Shown in pieces: positions 9,218 to 19,034 of a DNA stretch of 64,000 nt. The stretch is taken from positions 3,198 through 67,197 of the forward strand of contig JBBRXJ010000001.1 of assembly GCA_038248505.1 (NCBI GenBank), given 5' to 3'. Position numbers and translations under genes: made by a program. Numbering within the stretch: the first letter of the stretch is position 1; every line of letters begins with the position of its first letter. The notes beneath the pieces were generated by a model. That model had not been told where the DNA came from and did no database searches. It worked only from the letters and a program-made list of their open reading frames with translations. This DNA comes from Bacteroidales bacterium (GTDB taxonomy: Bacteria; Bacteroidota; Bacteroidia; Bacteroidales; JBBRXJ01).

Positions 9218-9670
9218 ATGAGGGCTGTAATTCAACGAGTACGTAGAGCTAAAGTTACCGTTAAAGGGAGCATTTCAGGAGAAATTGGCCCTGGATTGCT
9301 CGTTTTATTGGGCATAGAGGAGGATGATTGTTCGTCTGATATTGAGTGGCTTGCAGGAAAAATATCAAGATTGCGTATTTTTGATGATGCCGAGGGAGTA
9401 ATGAATATGGATGTGAATGATATTGCTGGGGAAATTCTAGTGGTGAGTCAATTTACGCTCTTTGCTAGTACTCGCAAGGGGAATCGCCCTGCATATAGCA
9501 GAGCCTCAAAGGGCGAAATAGCAGTAAAATTATATATTGAATTTATTGAGGAAATTACAAAATTAATGGGAAGTACCCCACAAACTGGTTCGTTTGGAGC
9601 TATGATGGAAGTGGAGTTACTTAACGATGGTCCAGTAACAATAATTATTGACACAAAACAAAAAGAATAA
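9218..9670 (+). CDS. dtd: D-aminoacyl-tRNA deacylase
   Basis: MRAVIQRV...GEIGPGLLVLLGI...VSQFTL...GNRP motifs; 150 aa, the typical Dtd length. Confidence 0.95.
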   Translation: MRAVIQRVRRAKVTVKGSISGEIGPGLLVLLGIEEDDCSSDIEWLAGKISRLRIFDDAEGVMNMDVNDIAGEILVVSQFTLFASTRKGNRPAYSRASKGEIAVKLYIEFIEEITKLMGSTPQTGSFGAMMEVELLNDGPVTIIIDTKQKE

Positions 9671-10014
9671 TGACTATTGATGATTTGCAACTGAATGTTG
9701 ATGCCTGGATTAAATCCAATGGAGTACGTTATTTTAACGAATTAACAAATATGACATTGCTTACTGAGGAAGTAGGTGAGTTGGCACGAATTATGGCGCG
9801 AAAATTTGGTGAACAAATAGAGAAACCAAACGAAAAAATTTCAAATATTGATGATGAAATTGCGGATGTTATTTTTGTTCTCGTTTGTATCGCAAACTAA
9901 ACTGGCGTTAATCTTAATGCTGCCATTAAAAAAAAATTTCAAAAGAAAAGTGAACGTGATAAAGACCGACATCTTAATAATCCCAAATTAAAAAACAAAG
10001 ACAATCATGAATAA
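9670..10014 (+). pseudogene. MazG-family (YpjD-like) nucleotide pyrophosphohydrolase interrupted by an in-frame TAA at 9898-9900
   Basis: The 76-aa ORF ends ...DEIADVIFVLVCIAN*. The same frame continues TGVNLNAAIKKKFQKKSERDKDRHLNNPKLK... to TAA at 10012-10014. Together the two parts reconstitute the full about 114-aa family layout (EEVGE...E.ADV...ANQTG...RD.DRH as I recall it). The stop sits where Gln (CAA) is expected. The ATG overlaps the dtd stop (TAATG). Confidence 0.7.
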
Positions 10015-12760
10015 AAAGACAAAAATTGGATTAAGTATTGCGGCATCTTTTATTCTCATCTGCACTATATTATTTTTTATTACCAAAACAAAGATAAATA
10101 GTGAAACTACTATTTATAGCTTAATCCCTACTGATGCCCTAGTTGTAATTGAAGGCCGTAATCCAGCAAAATTAATACAAAAAATACTAACGGGTAACAA
10201 TCTTTGGGCTGCCATTTCATATTTAGATGATTTTAATAAAACACACAAACAACTTTTATTTGTTGATTCAATAATTAAAAACAATCAAATATTTAATAAA
10301 TCACTTTCTAATACAAATTTTATTATTTCAATTCACTCCAATGGCCGAAAATTTGAAAATCTTATCTGTATCTCTATTCCATCAAAATTGGCAAAGCAAG
10401 AAATACATTTATTTATGGAGGCTTATACCTCTAATAATTTAAAAAAATCAACTAGAAGATATGAAGGTGAAATTATTATTAAACTAAAAGATATGCTTTC
10501 AGGTTCACTTGAGTGGAACTGTTGCCTTCTTAAAGATGTCTTAATAATTAGCCAGTCATCTATATTGATGGAGGAAGCCATCAGACAATCTGCTTTAAAG
10601 CCAAGTATTAATCAGACAGAATCGTTTACAAGATTGACTAAAACAGCCTCTTCATCAAGTATTGCGAACATATATATTAACCTTGGGCAAGCTGAGAAAC
10701 TAAGTTTGCACCTTCGTAACCCTTCAATACCATCTAAGCTTTTTTCTCATCTGGTCGGTTGGGCTGAACTCGACCTTAAAATCGATGCAAATGCCTTACT
10801 TCTTAATGGATTTAGTTGTGCTGATAGTAGCCGCGATTTCCTTAATATCTTTAATGATCAGAGTCCGCAAAATTCGTCGGTTGAAAATGTTCTGCCAAGT
10901 AATACTGCTTTTTATCAATGGTATGGTATCAGTAATTTTAATAAATTTAATGAGTCGTTAAACCAATATTATTTAAATACTCCTCATGCCAGTAGGCGAG
11001 ATCGTTTTGTTGCCAACATTCAGAAGTCCTATAATATAGATATTTCTAAAATCTTTAATAATTACTTCAGCAATGAAATATGCTTTGTTATAACATCGCT
11101 TTACGATTCTATTACTGTTAATAATAATTTTGTTCTAATTAAGACAGATGAACCATCTAGTTTTCAAAATAGTTTATTCGAATTAGTAGATTCTATTGGA
11201 CATGCCGAAATGAAAGCTACATCATCATTTATTCATAAAACCCAAATAAATAAGCAATCGTTTTCTATTATTGAACTTCCTATTAATTATCTTTTTGAGT
11301 CGCTTTTTGGCTCTATTTTTAAATTAGAGGGCAAGGCATGGATATGTTTTTTTGACGATTTTCTAATTGCCGGAAATTCTAAGGAGGCTCTTAAAAAATA
11401 CATTCGTACTTTAATCGAAAATAACACAATTGCAAATACTGCCGAATTAAAATATTATAGTGAAAATATTTCTGCACAATCAAACCTTTGTCTTTACTAT
11501 AATTACAAAAAAGGTAAAAATTTAACGGAACAATATCTTAAAAAAGAAATGAAATCAAGCTTACATAAAAATTTTGATAAATTTTCAATGATAAGTCCTA
11601 TTATACTCCAATTTAGCAATACAGGCGATGCTTTTTTTACTAACTTATTAATCCCTTATTACACTGGTAATATCGGTTCAGTAAAACAATTGTGGGAAGT
11701 TGAAATAGATTCTGTAATTTCTGCTGGCCCTATTTGCATACAAAATCATAAAACGGGAAATAAAGATGTTTTTTTACAAGACCTCAGTAACTCAATGCAT
11801 CTAATTGATAAGGATGGAAAAACAATTTGGAGAAAAAAAATATCGGAACAAATCGTTGGTACTATTTTTGAAGTCGATCTCTTTAAAAATAATAAATACC
11901 AAATTCTTTTCGCTACCGCCTCACAGCTTTATGCTATTGATCGTAATGGAAATTATGTTAACGGGTTTCCTATTAAATTGAAAAATAAAACATCAATTGG
12001 CGCAGCAGTTTTTGATTATGATAAGGATAGAAACTACCGCATTTTTATTGCTTCTGATAATAATACAATCTATACTTTTGATAAAAAAGGAGTTAATATA
12101 AAAGATTGGAAACAACCAATCATAGGATCAAAGGTAATTCGTATACCGCAAACTTTTAGAATCAATAATAAAGACTATATCTTAATCTGCACTAATAAAA
12201 CTATTTCAATTCTAAATCGAAAAGGAGAGGTTTCAGAACTAATAAATGTAAATGAAGATCTTAGTATTAATAATATCTTTTATCTTACTCAAATCGGGAA
12301 AGAACCTCATTTTATTACAAGTACTAGTGTTGGAAATCTTCTTCATATTTATTTAAATGGATCAGCAGAAATTGTTAAACTAAAAGAACGATCAGACAAT
12401 CATTTTTACTATTTTGCCGATATAAATAATGATCAAAAGGAAGATAATATTTTTATCTCAGATAATAAATTAGAATCAATGTCCGCATTTGGAAATCCAA
12501 TTTTCATAAAACGACTCCCGGCTGAAGTAAGTCAAGATTTTAAAATTTCATATATTCAGGCTGGTAAACCTAATATTTTTGTAAGTTTCAAAAAACAAGA
12601 TGAAATCACTTCGATTGATGCTCAAGGTGCTGTATGTGAGGGATTTCCTGTACGTGGTGGGGGCGGTTTTACTTTTGACCAAATGGACAAGAAAAACAGT
12701 ATTTTTTACTTAATCGTTGGTAGTTCCAATAATTTTTTATATACTTATGTTTTGCAATAA
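10007..12760 (+). CDS. 917-aa membrane-anchored protein of unknown function with a C-terminal beta-propeller/FG-GAP-like region
   Basis: N-terminal TM helix IGLSIAASFILICTILFFI. The C-terminal about 350 aa has repeated blade-like segments (DLFKNNKYQILF, VFDYDKDRNYRIFI, ADINNDQKEDNIFI). The start overlaps the original mazG end by 8 nt. Confidence 0.6.
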   Translation: MNKKTKIGLSIAASFILICTILFFITKTKINSETTIYSLIPTDALVVIEGRNPAKLIQKILTGNNLWAAISYLDDFNKTHKQLLFVDSIIKNNQIFNKSLSNTNFIISIHSNGRKFENLICISIPSKLAKQEIHLFMEAYTSNNLKKSTRRYEGEIIIKLKDMLSGSLEWNCCLLKDVLIISQSSILMEEAIRQSALKPSINQTESFTRLTKTASSSSIANIYINLGQAEKLSLHLRNPSIPSKLFSHLVGWAELDLKIDANALLLNGFSCADSSRDFLNIFNDQSPQNSSVENVLPSNTAFYQWYGISNFNKFNESLNQYYLNTPHASRRDRFVANIQKSYNIDISKIFNNYFSNEICFVITSLYDSITVNNNFVLIKTDEPSSFQNSLFELVDSIGHAEMKATSSFIHKTQINKQSFSIIELPINYLFESLFGSIFKLEGKAWICFFDDFLIAGNSKEALKKYIRTLIENNTIANTAELKYYSENISAQSNLCLYYNYKKGKNLTEQYLKKEMKSSLHKNFDKFSMISPIILQFSNTGDAFFTNLLIPYYTGNIGSVKQLWEVEIDSVISAGPICIQNHKTGNKDVFLQDLSNSMHLIDKDGKTIWRKKISEQIVGTIFEVDLFKNNKYQILFATASQLYAIDRNGNYVNGFPIKLKNKTSIGAAVFDYDKDRNYRIFIASDNNTIYTFDKKGVNIKDWKQPIIGSKVIRIPQTFRINNKDYILICTNKTISILNRKGEVSELINVNEDLSINNIFYLTQIGKEPHFITSTSVGNLLHIYLNGSAEIVKLKERSDNHFYYFADINNDQKEDNIFISDNKLESMSAFGNPIFIKRLPAEVSQDFKISYIQAGKPNIFVSFKKQDEITSIDAQGAVCEGFPVRGGGGFTFDQMDKKNSIFYLIVGSSNNFLYTYVLQ

Positions 12761-12773
12761 AAACATAAAAGCT

Positions 12774-14471
12774 ATGAAAACTTTTTTAAAACCAATCATC
12801 CTCGCACTTACTATCATAAGTGCCTTATTTATTGTTTCATGTGTTAAAGAATATCACGATTACAGTAAGCTTTCAACCGAAATTCAAAACGACTGGACTT
12901 TTAATTTACCAGTTGCATATGCAAAGTTTTCAGCATATGATTTAATGAAGAAATATGATAAAGAAGGAAAAGTACATGCCTATGATGTTACCAATTTGTT
13001 ATATATAGTATTTCAAAATCAAATTGCCTCTAAAACAGCAAAAGATTTTATTAAACTAGAACTTAACAATAGTGATTTAGAGTATTACTTATCTGGCCCG
13101 GTACAAACTGCTTTTGGCGGAGGCGCGACTTCTTATTCTCTAACAAAAAATGTTAACCACTCTTTACGATTTGATAAACCTCGCATTATTGATAGCATTA
13201 ATTTAAAATCAGGTTCTATTGCCTTAAATGTTCGTTCTGGTTTTGAACATGCTGGAACAATTGTATTAAATTTTCCTACTATTAAAAAAAATGGGAGTCC
13301 ACTTTCATATACCATAAACCTAGATAATACTGGTAATTTTAAGAAAGATATATCTATACCACTTGATGGATATTCAATAGGCTTAAGACATATATCAAAT
13401 TTGGATAGCAATGAGTTACCATACACCGTTAAACTAACTCTAGTTAAAAATGGTCTAGCACCCGTAAATGCAAATGATTCAGTTGTTTTTAATGGGCATT
13501 TTGTTGGTCTTGAATTCTCTTCTATGTTTGGATATTTTGGTCAAGACAATGTAATCTCTGAAGATACTATTAAACTCGGGATAAATATGATTGAGGGAAC
13601 ACCAAATTTCCATTTTCAGGATCCCCGAATTGCTGTAACGGTTAATAATTCATTAGGCTTACCTATACGTATGACCGTTGAAAACTTCTATGCACAAACA
13701 GTATCTGGCACAGGTTATAACTTAACATTTTCACCTGCCACAGCTAATAAATTTGATGCCATTTATCCTAACTTAAGTCAATTTGGTAAAAGCGTTATAT
13801 TTGACACAACTATTAGAGATGTTATGTTTCCCGCTGAAGCAGGATCACCTAAAGGTACTTTAGATAACTTAAGTATTGCTGTAAATGCCAATCCTGAATT
13901 TATGAAATACAAAATGCTTGCTACTACAAATCCAGCAAATAATAAATCTGATCATAGCCAATTTGTTACAGATACGGGTAAAATTAGTGTGAATGTTGGT
14001 CTTGAATTACCCTTATATGGATACACCAAAGATTATATTTTATTTGACACACAAAATTTAGATATGCAAGGTATTTATGGTAGTAATTCTCAGCTAAAAC
14101 GCCTTAAAATTTATTTGTATGTAAACAATGGCATGCCTGCTAATATTAAATTACAAGCTTATTTTACAGATACCACATGTGCCATTATTTATGATTCTCT
14201 TTTTGCAACAGCTAGTGATATGGAAATTATCTCCGCTGCAACGGTTGATCCTGCAACAGGTAGTGTAAAAGCAGCCGTTGATAAAACAAGTGAAATACAA
14301 ATAACACAAGCTAAATTGGATGATATGATGCAAGTTAAAAAGCTTGTAATTAAACTGATATTTCTTACTACAGGCGCAAGCACACAACAGAATGTGAAAA
14401 TATTTAGCACAAATTGGGTTGATACACAAATACGACTCTCTGCAGATGTAGAAGTTAAAACTCGTTTTTAA
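12774..14471 (+). CDS. 565-aa lipoprotein of unknown function
   Basis: The ATG at 12774 (in frame with the track's 12717 start but after the upstream stop) gives MKTFLKPIILALTIISALFIVSC, a signal peptide plus lipobox Cys. No family recognised. Confidence 0.6.
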   Translation: MKTFLKPIILALTIISALFIVSCVKEYHDYSKLSTEIQNDWTFNLPVAYAKFSAYDLMKKYDKEGKVHAYDVTNLLYIVFQNQIASKTAKDFIKLELNNSDLEYYLSGPVQTAFGGGATSYSLTKNVNHSLRFDKPRIIDSINLKSGSIALNVRSGFEHAGTIVLNFPTIKKNGSPLSYTINLDNTGNFKKDISIPLDGYSIGLRHISNLDSNELPYTVKLTLVKNGLAPVNANDSVVFNGHFVGLEFSSMFGYFGQDNVISEDTIKLGINMIEGTPNFHFQDPRIAVTVNNSLGLPIRMTVENFYAQTVSGTGYNLTFSPATANKFDAIYPNLSQFGKSVIFDTTIRDVMFPAEAGSPKGTLDNLSIAVNANPEFMKYKMLATTNPANNKSDHSQFVTDTGKISVNVGLELPLYGYTKDYILFDTQNLDMQGIYGSNSQLKRLKIYLYVNNGMPANIKLQAYFTDTTCAIIYDSLFATASDMEIISAATVDPATGSVKAAVDKTSEIQITQAKLDDMMQVKKLVIKLIFLTTGASTQQNVKIFSTNWVDTQIRLSADVEVKTRF

Positions 14472-14507
14472 ATTAAAGCAATACTTAATCTGAAATAACA
14501 TCACACC

Positions 14508-15959
14508 ATGGTATTCAAGTATAAGATAAACCTCAGCATCATTTTGTTTGTTTGCCTTTCAGTAGCAACATTCGCACAACAATATAACACCATGTATTTT
14601 ATGGATCGTGTAGTTCAAACTAATCAATTGAACCCTGCACGCCAACCCTGCTGCCGTTTCTATGTCGGTTTCCCAGGACTAGTAGGTGACCAATTTACTT
14701 ATGAAAATAATGGCTTCGGTTATGAAGATATTATTATGAAAAATGTTGAACTTGATTCATTAGTATTTTTCTTAAACCCTAATAATACAAATGGTGAAAG
14801 CAACTTTATGAAATCAGTTCGAAAAGTGAACTATCTGGGCGGTGAAGTAAACATAGGCTTAACATCTATTGGTGCACAAATAAATGATGAACTGAGTCTC
14901 TCTTTTGATATTAATGAACGAATCTCAGCACGTACATTTTACCCTAAAGAACTAATTCAGTTAGCTCTTGACGGTAATCAAGACAGGCAGTCATTTAGTA
15001 TGAAGAATCTTGGATTTGATTTTAAACATTATCGTGAGTATGCACTTGGTTTAAGTGTGAAACAAACAAAAGAATGGACCATCGGTTTTAAAGCTAAAGT
15101 CCTATTTGGAAAATCAAATATTTCTACCAACAACAATATTGTTTTAAATACAGGACTTGATGAATGGACAATTCCCGAGTCAGGTATTAATGTAAATGTT
15201 AGTATTCCTGAATCAATAGCAAAAATTACTGAAGACTCTTCGGGTAAATTTAATGGAATTGAATCAAATGATGAGCCTGATTTAAAGGCTTATATGATGA
15301 ACCGCAAAAATTGGGGATTAGCTCTCGATTTTGGTGCAATTTATCGAATGAATGATAAGTTTGAATTCTCAGCAAGTTTAATAGATATGGGTGCCATTAG
15401 CTGGAAATCGGGAACCTATAATTTTTCACAAAATGGAAGTGCTACATTTAAAGGAATTAATTTGAATCCAAGCGACAGTACAAAACCCAATCCAGGTCAA
15501 GATATCGCAAATATGCAAGATTCCCTTGATCTTCGTTTTACAACAGAACCTTATGCAACCCAACTATCTACAAAGTTTTACCTTGCCGGTCGCTACTTCA
15601 TCGCTGAGAAATTTAGTTTCGGATTATTATCTCGTACCGAATTTTACAGAGGAAGAATTCGACCATCACTAACCTTTTCCGCAAATCTTACCGATAAAGT
15701 TATTTCAACAAGTTTTTCATATACTATGACGCATAATACTTATAGTAATTTCGGATGGGGTATTAACTTTAAATTTGGTCCATTCAACTATTATTTTATG
15801 CTCGATAATATACCAATGAATTATTATAGTATGACTGCTAGCGAAAGTGCAATACCAGTCTTAATTCCAGATAGTTTTAAATTCTTTAATTATCGTTTTG
15901 GCTTAAATCTATTATTTGGTTGTAAAGACCCAAACCGTGATAAACCGCTGCTCTTTTAA
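14508..15959 (+). CDS. Predicted outer-membrane beta-barrel protein with a PorP/SprF-like N-terminal motif
   Basis: Signal peptide ending ATFAQQ, followed by YNTMYFMDRVVQTNQLNPA; compare AQQEPFYSHYMYGANSVNPGAAG in the PorP-like gene at 24202-25149. Alternating beta-strand-like pattern and a C-terminal ...KPLLF aromatic end. Confidence 0.5.
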   Translation: MVFKYKINLSIILFVCLSVATFAQQYNTMYFMDRVVQTNQLNPARQPCCRFYVGFPGLVGDQFTYENNGFGYEDIIMKNVELDSLVFFLNPNNTNGESNFMKSVRKVNYLGGEVNIGLTSIGAQINDELSLSFDINERISARTFYPKELIQLALDGNQDRQSFSMKNLGFDFKHYREYALGLSVKQTKEWTIGFKAKVLFGKSNISTNNNIVLNTGLDEWTIPESGINVNVSIPESIAKITEDSSGKFNGIESNDEPDLKAYMMNRKNWGLALDFGAIYRMNDKFEFSASLIDMGAISWKSGTYNFSQNGSATFKGINLNPSDSTKPNPGQDIANMQDSLDLRFTTEPYATQLSTKFYLAGRYFIAEKFSFGLLSRTEFYRGRIRPSLTFSANLTDKVISTSFSYTMTHNTYSNFGWGINFKFGPFNYYFMLDNIPMNYYSMTASESAIPVLIPDSFKFFNYRFGLNLLFGCKDPNRDKPLLF

Positions 15960-15964
15960 AGAAA

Positions 15965-16204
15965 TTGAATATGACATTTATTAAAGTAATACTTATTATT
16001 ATTATTTGCTATTGGGGATTAAAACTTTTTTTTCGTTTAGTATTTCCTTTGTTATTAGTCGGATTAATGAAGTTTGTATCAAAGCAATTTGAAAAACAAA
16101 TGAATATACCAAATGATAATAATAGTAGCAAGACAGCAGATGAAACAAAAAAGTCACGTAAAGCTTATAAAGGAGAGTATGTAGATTATGAAGAGATAAA
16201 ATAA
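15965..16204 (+). CDS. DUF4834-like small single-pass membrane protein
   Basis: 79 aa with an N-terminal TM helix (VILIIIICYWGLKLFF...) and a C-terminal GEYVDYEEIK, which I recall as the DUF4834 signature. Confidence 0.55.
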   Translation: MNMTFIKVILIIIICYWGLKLFFRLVFPLLLVGLMKFVSKQFEKQMNIPNDNNSSKTADETKKSRKAYKGEYVDYEEIK

Positions 16205-16271
16205 TAAGTTTTAAATTATTATTTTACCAACTGTACAAATATCAAACTTAAATATAGACTTAGCAATAAAT

Positions 16272-17045
16272 TTATCTTATTATATTTTGATGTGTGTAAA
16301 AACCTTTTACACCTTTTGTGAGTTTTGAAGAAAAAACAAAATCATTGAACTCTTTATTTTCAACATGAAATACCTCGTCTTTGGTACATTCAAACCAATT
16401 TTGTCCTTCAAAAATAAAAATTATCTTTTCTCCAATCTCTATAACTGAATTCATATCATGTGTATTGATGATTGTGGTCATTTTATATTCTTCAGTAATT
16501 TCTTTAATCAGATTATCAATAACAATTGAAGTTCTTGGATCAAGTCCTGAAGTTGGTTCATCACAAAAAAGATATTTAGGATTAAGAACGATAGCTCGAG
16601 CAATACCCACACGTTTCTGCATTCCTCCGCTAATTTCTGCTGGAAATAGTTTGTTTGAATTCACTAAGTTCACACGTTTTAGACAGAAATTAACTCGGTC
16701 AAGCATTTCGGATTCGCTCATATTTGTAAACATTTCGAGGGGAAATTTTACATTCTCTTCAACAGTAAGCGAATCAAACAATGCACTTCCTTGGAAAAGC
16801 ATTCCCATTGTTTTTCTTATTTCACGTTTGGCTTTAATGTCTTGTTTATTAAATATGATATTATCAATTACAATATCACCTTCTGTAATTGGATGTAAGC
16901 CTACTAAACATTTTAGTAATACAGTTTTACCTGACCCACTTTGACCAATAATAAGATTAATTTTGCCCTCATCAAACTTCACTGAAACATCTTTCAGAAC
17001 TGCCTTTTCTCCAAAGCTTTTATATAAATTTCTGGCTTCTATCAT
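16272..17045 (-). CDS. mlaF: ABC transporter ATP-binding protein (MlaF-like)
   Basis: Walker A GQSGSGKT, signature ISGGMQKRV, Walker B LFCDEPTSGLD. 4-nt overlap with the upstream MlaE-like permease. Confidence 0.85.
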   Translation of the reverse strand: MIEARNLYKSFGEKAVLKDVSVKFDEGKINLIIGQSGSGKTVLLKCLVGLHPITEGDIVIDNIIFNKQDIKAKREIRKTMGMLFQGSALFDSLTVEENVKFPLEMFTNMSESEMLDRVNFCLKRVNLVNSNKLFPAEISGGMQKRVGIARAIVLNPKYLFCDEPTSGLDPRTSIVIDNLIKEITEEYKMTTIINTHDMNSVIEIGEKIIFIFEGQNWFECTKDEVFHVENKEFNDFVFSSKLTKGVKGFYTHQNIIR

Positions 17046-17782
17046 GCCAATAATAGTTGAGTTAAAATAAGATTAAAGAGTAGTATTAAAATACTACTTT
17101 GTACTACTGCTTTTGTACTTGATCTACCTACTTCCAATGCTCCCCCGCGTACATAATAACCATGATAAGAAGATACCGAAGTAATAATAAAAGCAAAAAC
17201 TACTGTTTTTATTAATGAATAGGCAACATAAAAAGGTATAAATGAAAAATGTACCCCATAAAGATATTCAGACGTGCCAACAATACCTGTTGATACAGCA
17301 GCAAGCCAACCACCTGCAATACCAACAAACATACTAATAATATTCAGAATTGGGTTAAAAATAACTGCGGATAGAATTTTAGGAAGTAAAAGATAATTGG
17401 CGGAATTTATTCCCATTATTTCAAGAACATCAATTTGCTCCGTAATCCGCATAGTTCCAATCTCTGAAGCAATATTTGAACCGACTTTGCCTGCCAGAAT
17501 TAATGCAACCATAGTAGATGAAAACTCAAGTAAAATAGAATCTCGAGTACCAAGTCCAATATAATATCGTGGTATAAGAGGATTCTCTAAGTTCAAGGCC
17601 GTTTGAATGGTAATAACCGCACCCATAAAAAAAGAAACAACAATAATAATACCGATGGAATTAACGCCAAGATTTTGCATGTCACGAAATAATTGGCGAT
17701 AGAAAACATTCATCTTTTCTGGTTTAGAAAAGACTTTTCTCATTAGATTAATATATTGTCCTATTTGTTGAAGTATTCCCAT
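17042..17782 (-). CDS. mlaE: ABC transporter permease (MlaE family)
   Basis: 246-aa polytopic protein. Size, the LE...S motif region (DSILLEFSSTMVALILAGKVGS) and coupling to the MlaF-like ATPase support the call. Confidence 0.8.
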   Translation of the reverse strand: MGILQQIGQYINLMRKVFSKPEKMNVFYRQLFRDMQNLGVNSIGIIIVVSFFMGAVITIQTALNLENPLIPRYYIGLGTRDSILLEFSSTMVALILAGKVGSNIASEIGTMRITEQIDVLEIMGINSANYLLLPKILSAVIFNPILNIISMFVGIAGGWLAAVSTGIVGTSEYLYGVHFSFIPFYVAYSLIKTVVFAFIITSVSSYHGYYVRGGALEVGRSSTKAVVQSSILILLFNLILTQLLLA

Positions 17783-17910
17783 TGATTAAATTTGTTGCAA
17801 AATTAAGATATTTGTGCATAATATGCCGTTTTGCCTCACTAAAAATTCAAATTATAAAATCAATTTAGTATCTTTGAAAAGATATAATATAATAAATATC
17901 AAATACTTAT

Positions 17911-18996
17911 ATGCAAAATAATCATTATTGTGTAATAATGGCTGGTGGAATTGGGAGTCGCTTCTGGCCTCGTAGCCGAACTAATAAACCTAAGCAATTC
18001 CTCGATATTACTGGAACTGGGGAAACGCTTCTTCAACAAACATTTAATCGTTTTAAACTTATTGTTCCCCCTGAAAACATTTTTATTGTTACTAATGAAG
18101 TGTATAGAGACTTAGTTCTGGAACAACTTAAAATTTCTTTCGAGCAAGTTATTCTTGAACCGGAACGCAAAAATACAGCACCTTGTATTGCTTATGCCAA
18201 TAAAATAATTGAAAGACGTTGCCCTGATGCTGTAATTATTGTTTCCCCATCAGACCATCTAATTACAAAAGAGCATGATTTTGTTTCAGCAATTCAAAGA
18301 GGAATGATTTTTGCTCAACAAAATGATGCCTTACTGACTCTTGGAATTGCACCTACAAGACCTGAAACTGGTTATGGATATATTCAGGCTAGCGAAGCAA
18401 TTTCTCCGGATAAAACAGGGCAGATTAAAAAAGTTAAAACTTTTACTGAAAAACCCAATCTTGAAATGGCTAAAATTTTTCTTGAAAGTGGCAATTTCTA
18501 TTGGAATTCCGGAATCTTTATATGGTCTTTATCTTCAATAAACGCAGCATTTGAAAGTTATTTACCCGAGGTTTTTATTCCTTTCACTTTTCTTTCTGAA
18601 CCGAAAGGAATAAATTATGATTCAATGGCAATTCGCAAAGCATATAGTGAGTGTCCTTCTATATCTATTGATTATGGGTTAATGGAAAAAGCACAGAATG
18701 TATTTGTAATAAAATCAGCTTTTGGATGGAGTGATTTAGGCACTTGGAATGCCTTATATGAACAGAGTAGTCATGATATAAACCGTAATTTCATTAGAGG
18801 TGAAAATGCCTTCGTTTACGATTCCAAAAACTCTATAATTCAGATGCCTAATGATGTGGTTTTGATAGCCGACGGTCTTGATGAGATGATTGTTGTATTT
18901 TCAGATAATGGCTTACTTATTTGTAAAAGAAATGATGAACAACGCATTAAGGATTTCCTAGAGATTGTAAAAAGTAAGAAAACAAGTATTTTATAG
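17911..18996 (+). CDS. manC: Mannose-1-phosphate guanylyltransferase (short form, no cupin/PMI domain)
   Basis: VIMAGGIGSRFWPRSR...PKQFL nucleotidyltransferase N-terminus; 361 aa. Confidence 0.85.
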   Translation: MQNNHYCVIMAGGIGSRFWPRSRTNKPKQFLDITGTGETLLQQTFNRFKLIVPPENIFIVTNEVYRDLVLEQLKISFEQVILEPERKNTAPCIAYANKIIERRCPDAVIIVSPSDHLITKEHDFVSAIQRGMIFAQQNDALLTLGIAPTRPETGYGYIQASEAISPDKTGQIKKVKTFTEKPNLEMAKIFLESGNFYWNSGIFIWSLSSINAAFESYLPEVFIPFTFLSEPKGINYDSMAIRKAYSECPSISIDYGLMEKAQNVFVIKSAFGWSDLGTWNALYEQSSHDINRNFIRGENAFVYDSKNSIIQMPNDVVLIADGLDEMIVVFSDNGLLICKRNDEQRIKDFLEIVKSKKTSIL

Positions 18997-19034
18997 ACGT
19001 TTTTATATTATTCAGTGGTTTTAAAAATAAACAG

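Noticed and set aside
9898-9900. Stop-codon reassignment (TAA, TAG or TGA read as sense) as an explanation for the in-frame stops in the mazG-like gene and the cargo gene at 58908-59792
   Set aside because: All three stop codons are involved. More than 50 other genes in the window end at positions consistent with full-length homologues on TAA, TAG or TGA. A frameshift also occurs in the neighbouring cargo gene. Scattered point lesions or sequencing errors explain this better than recoding.
16381-16944. 187-aa ORF antisense to the MlaF-like ABC ATPase
   Set aside because: It lies entirely inside a well-supported gene on the other strand, and its low-complexity Ser/Ile/Leu-rich translation has no motifs. 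This is the familiar shadow ORF opposite ABC ATPase genes.
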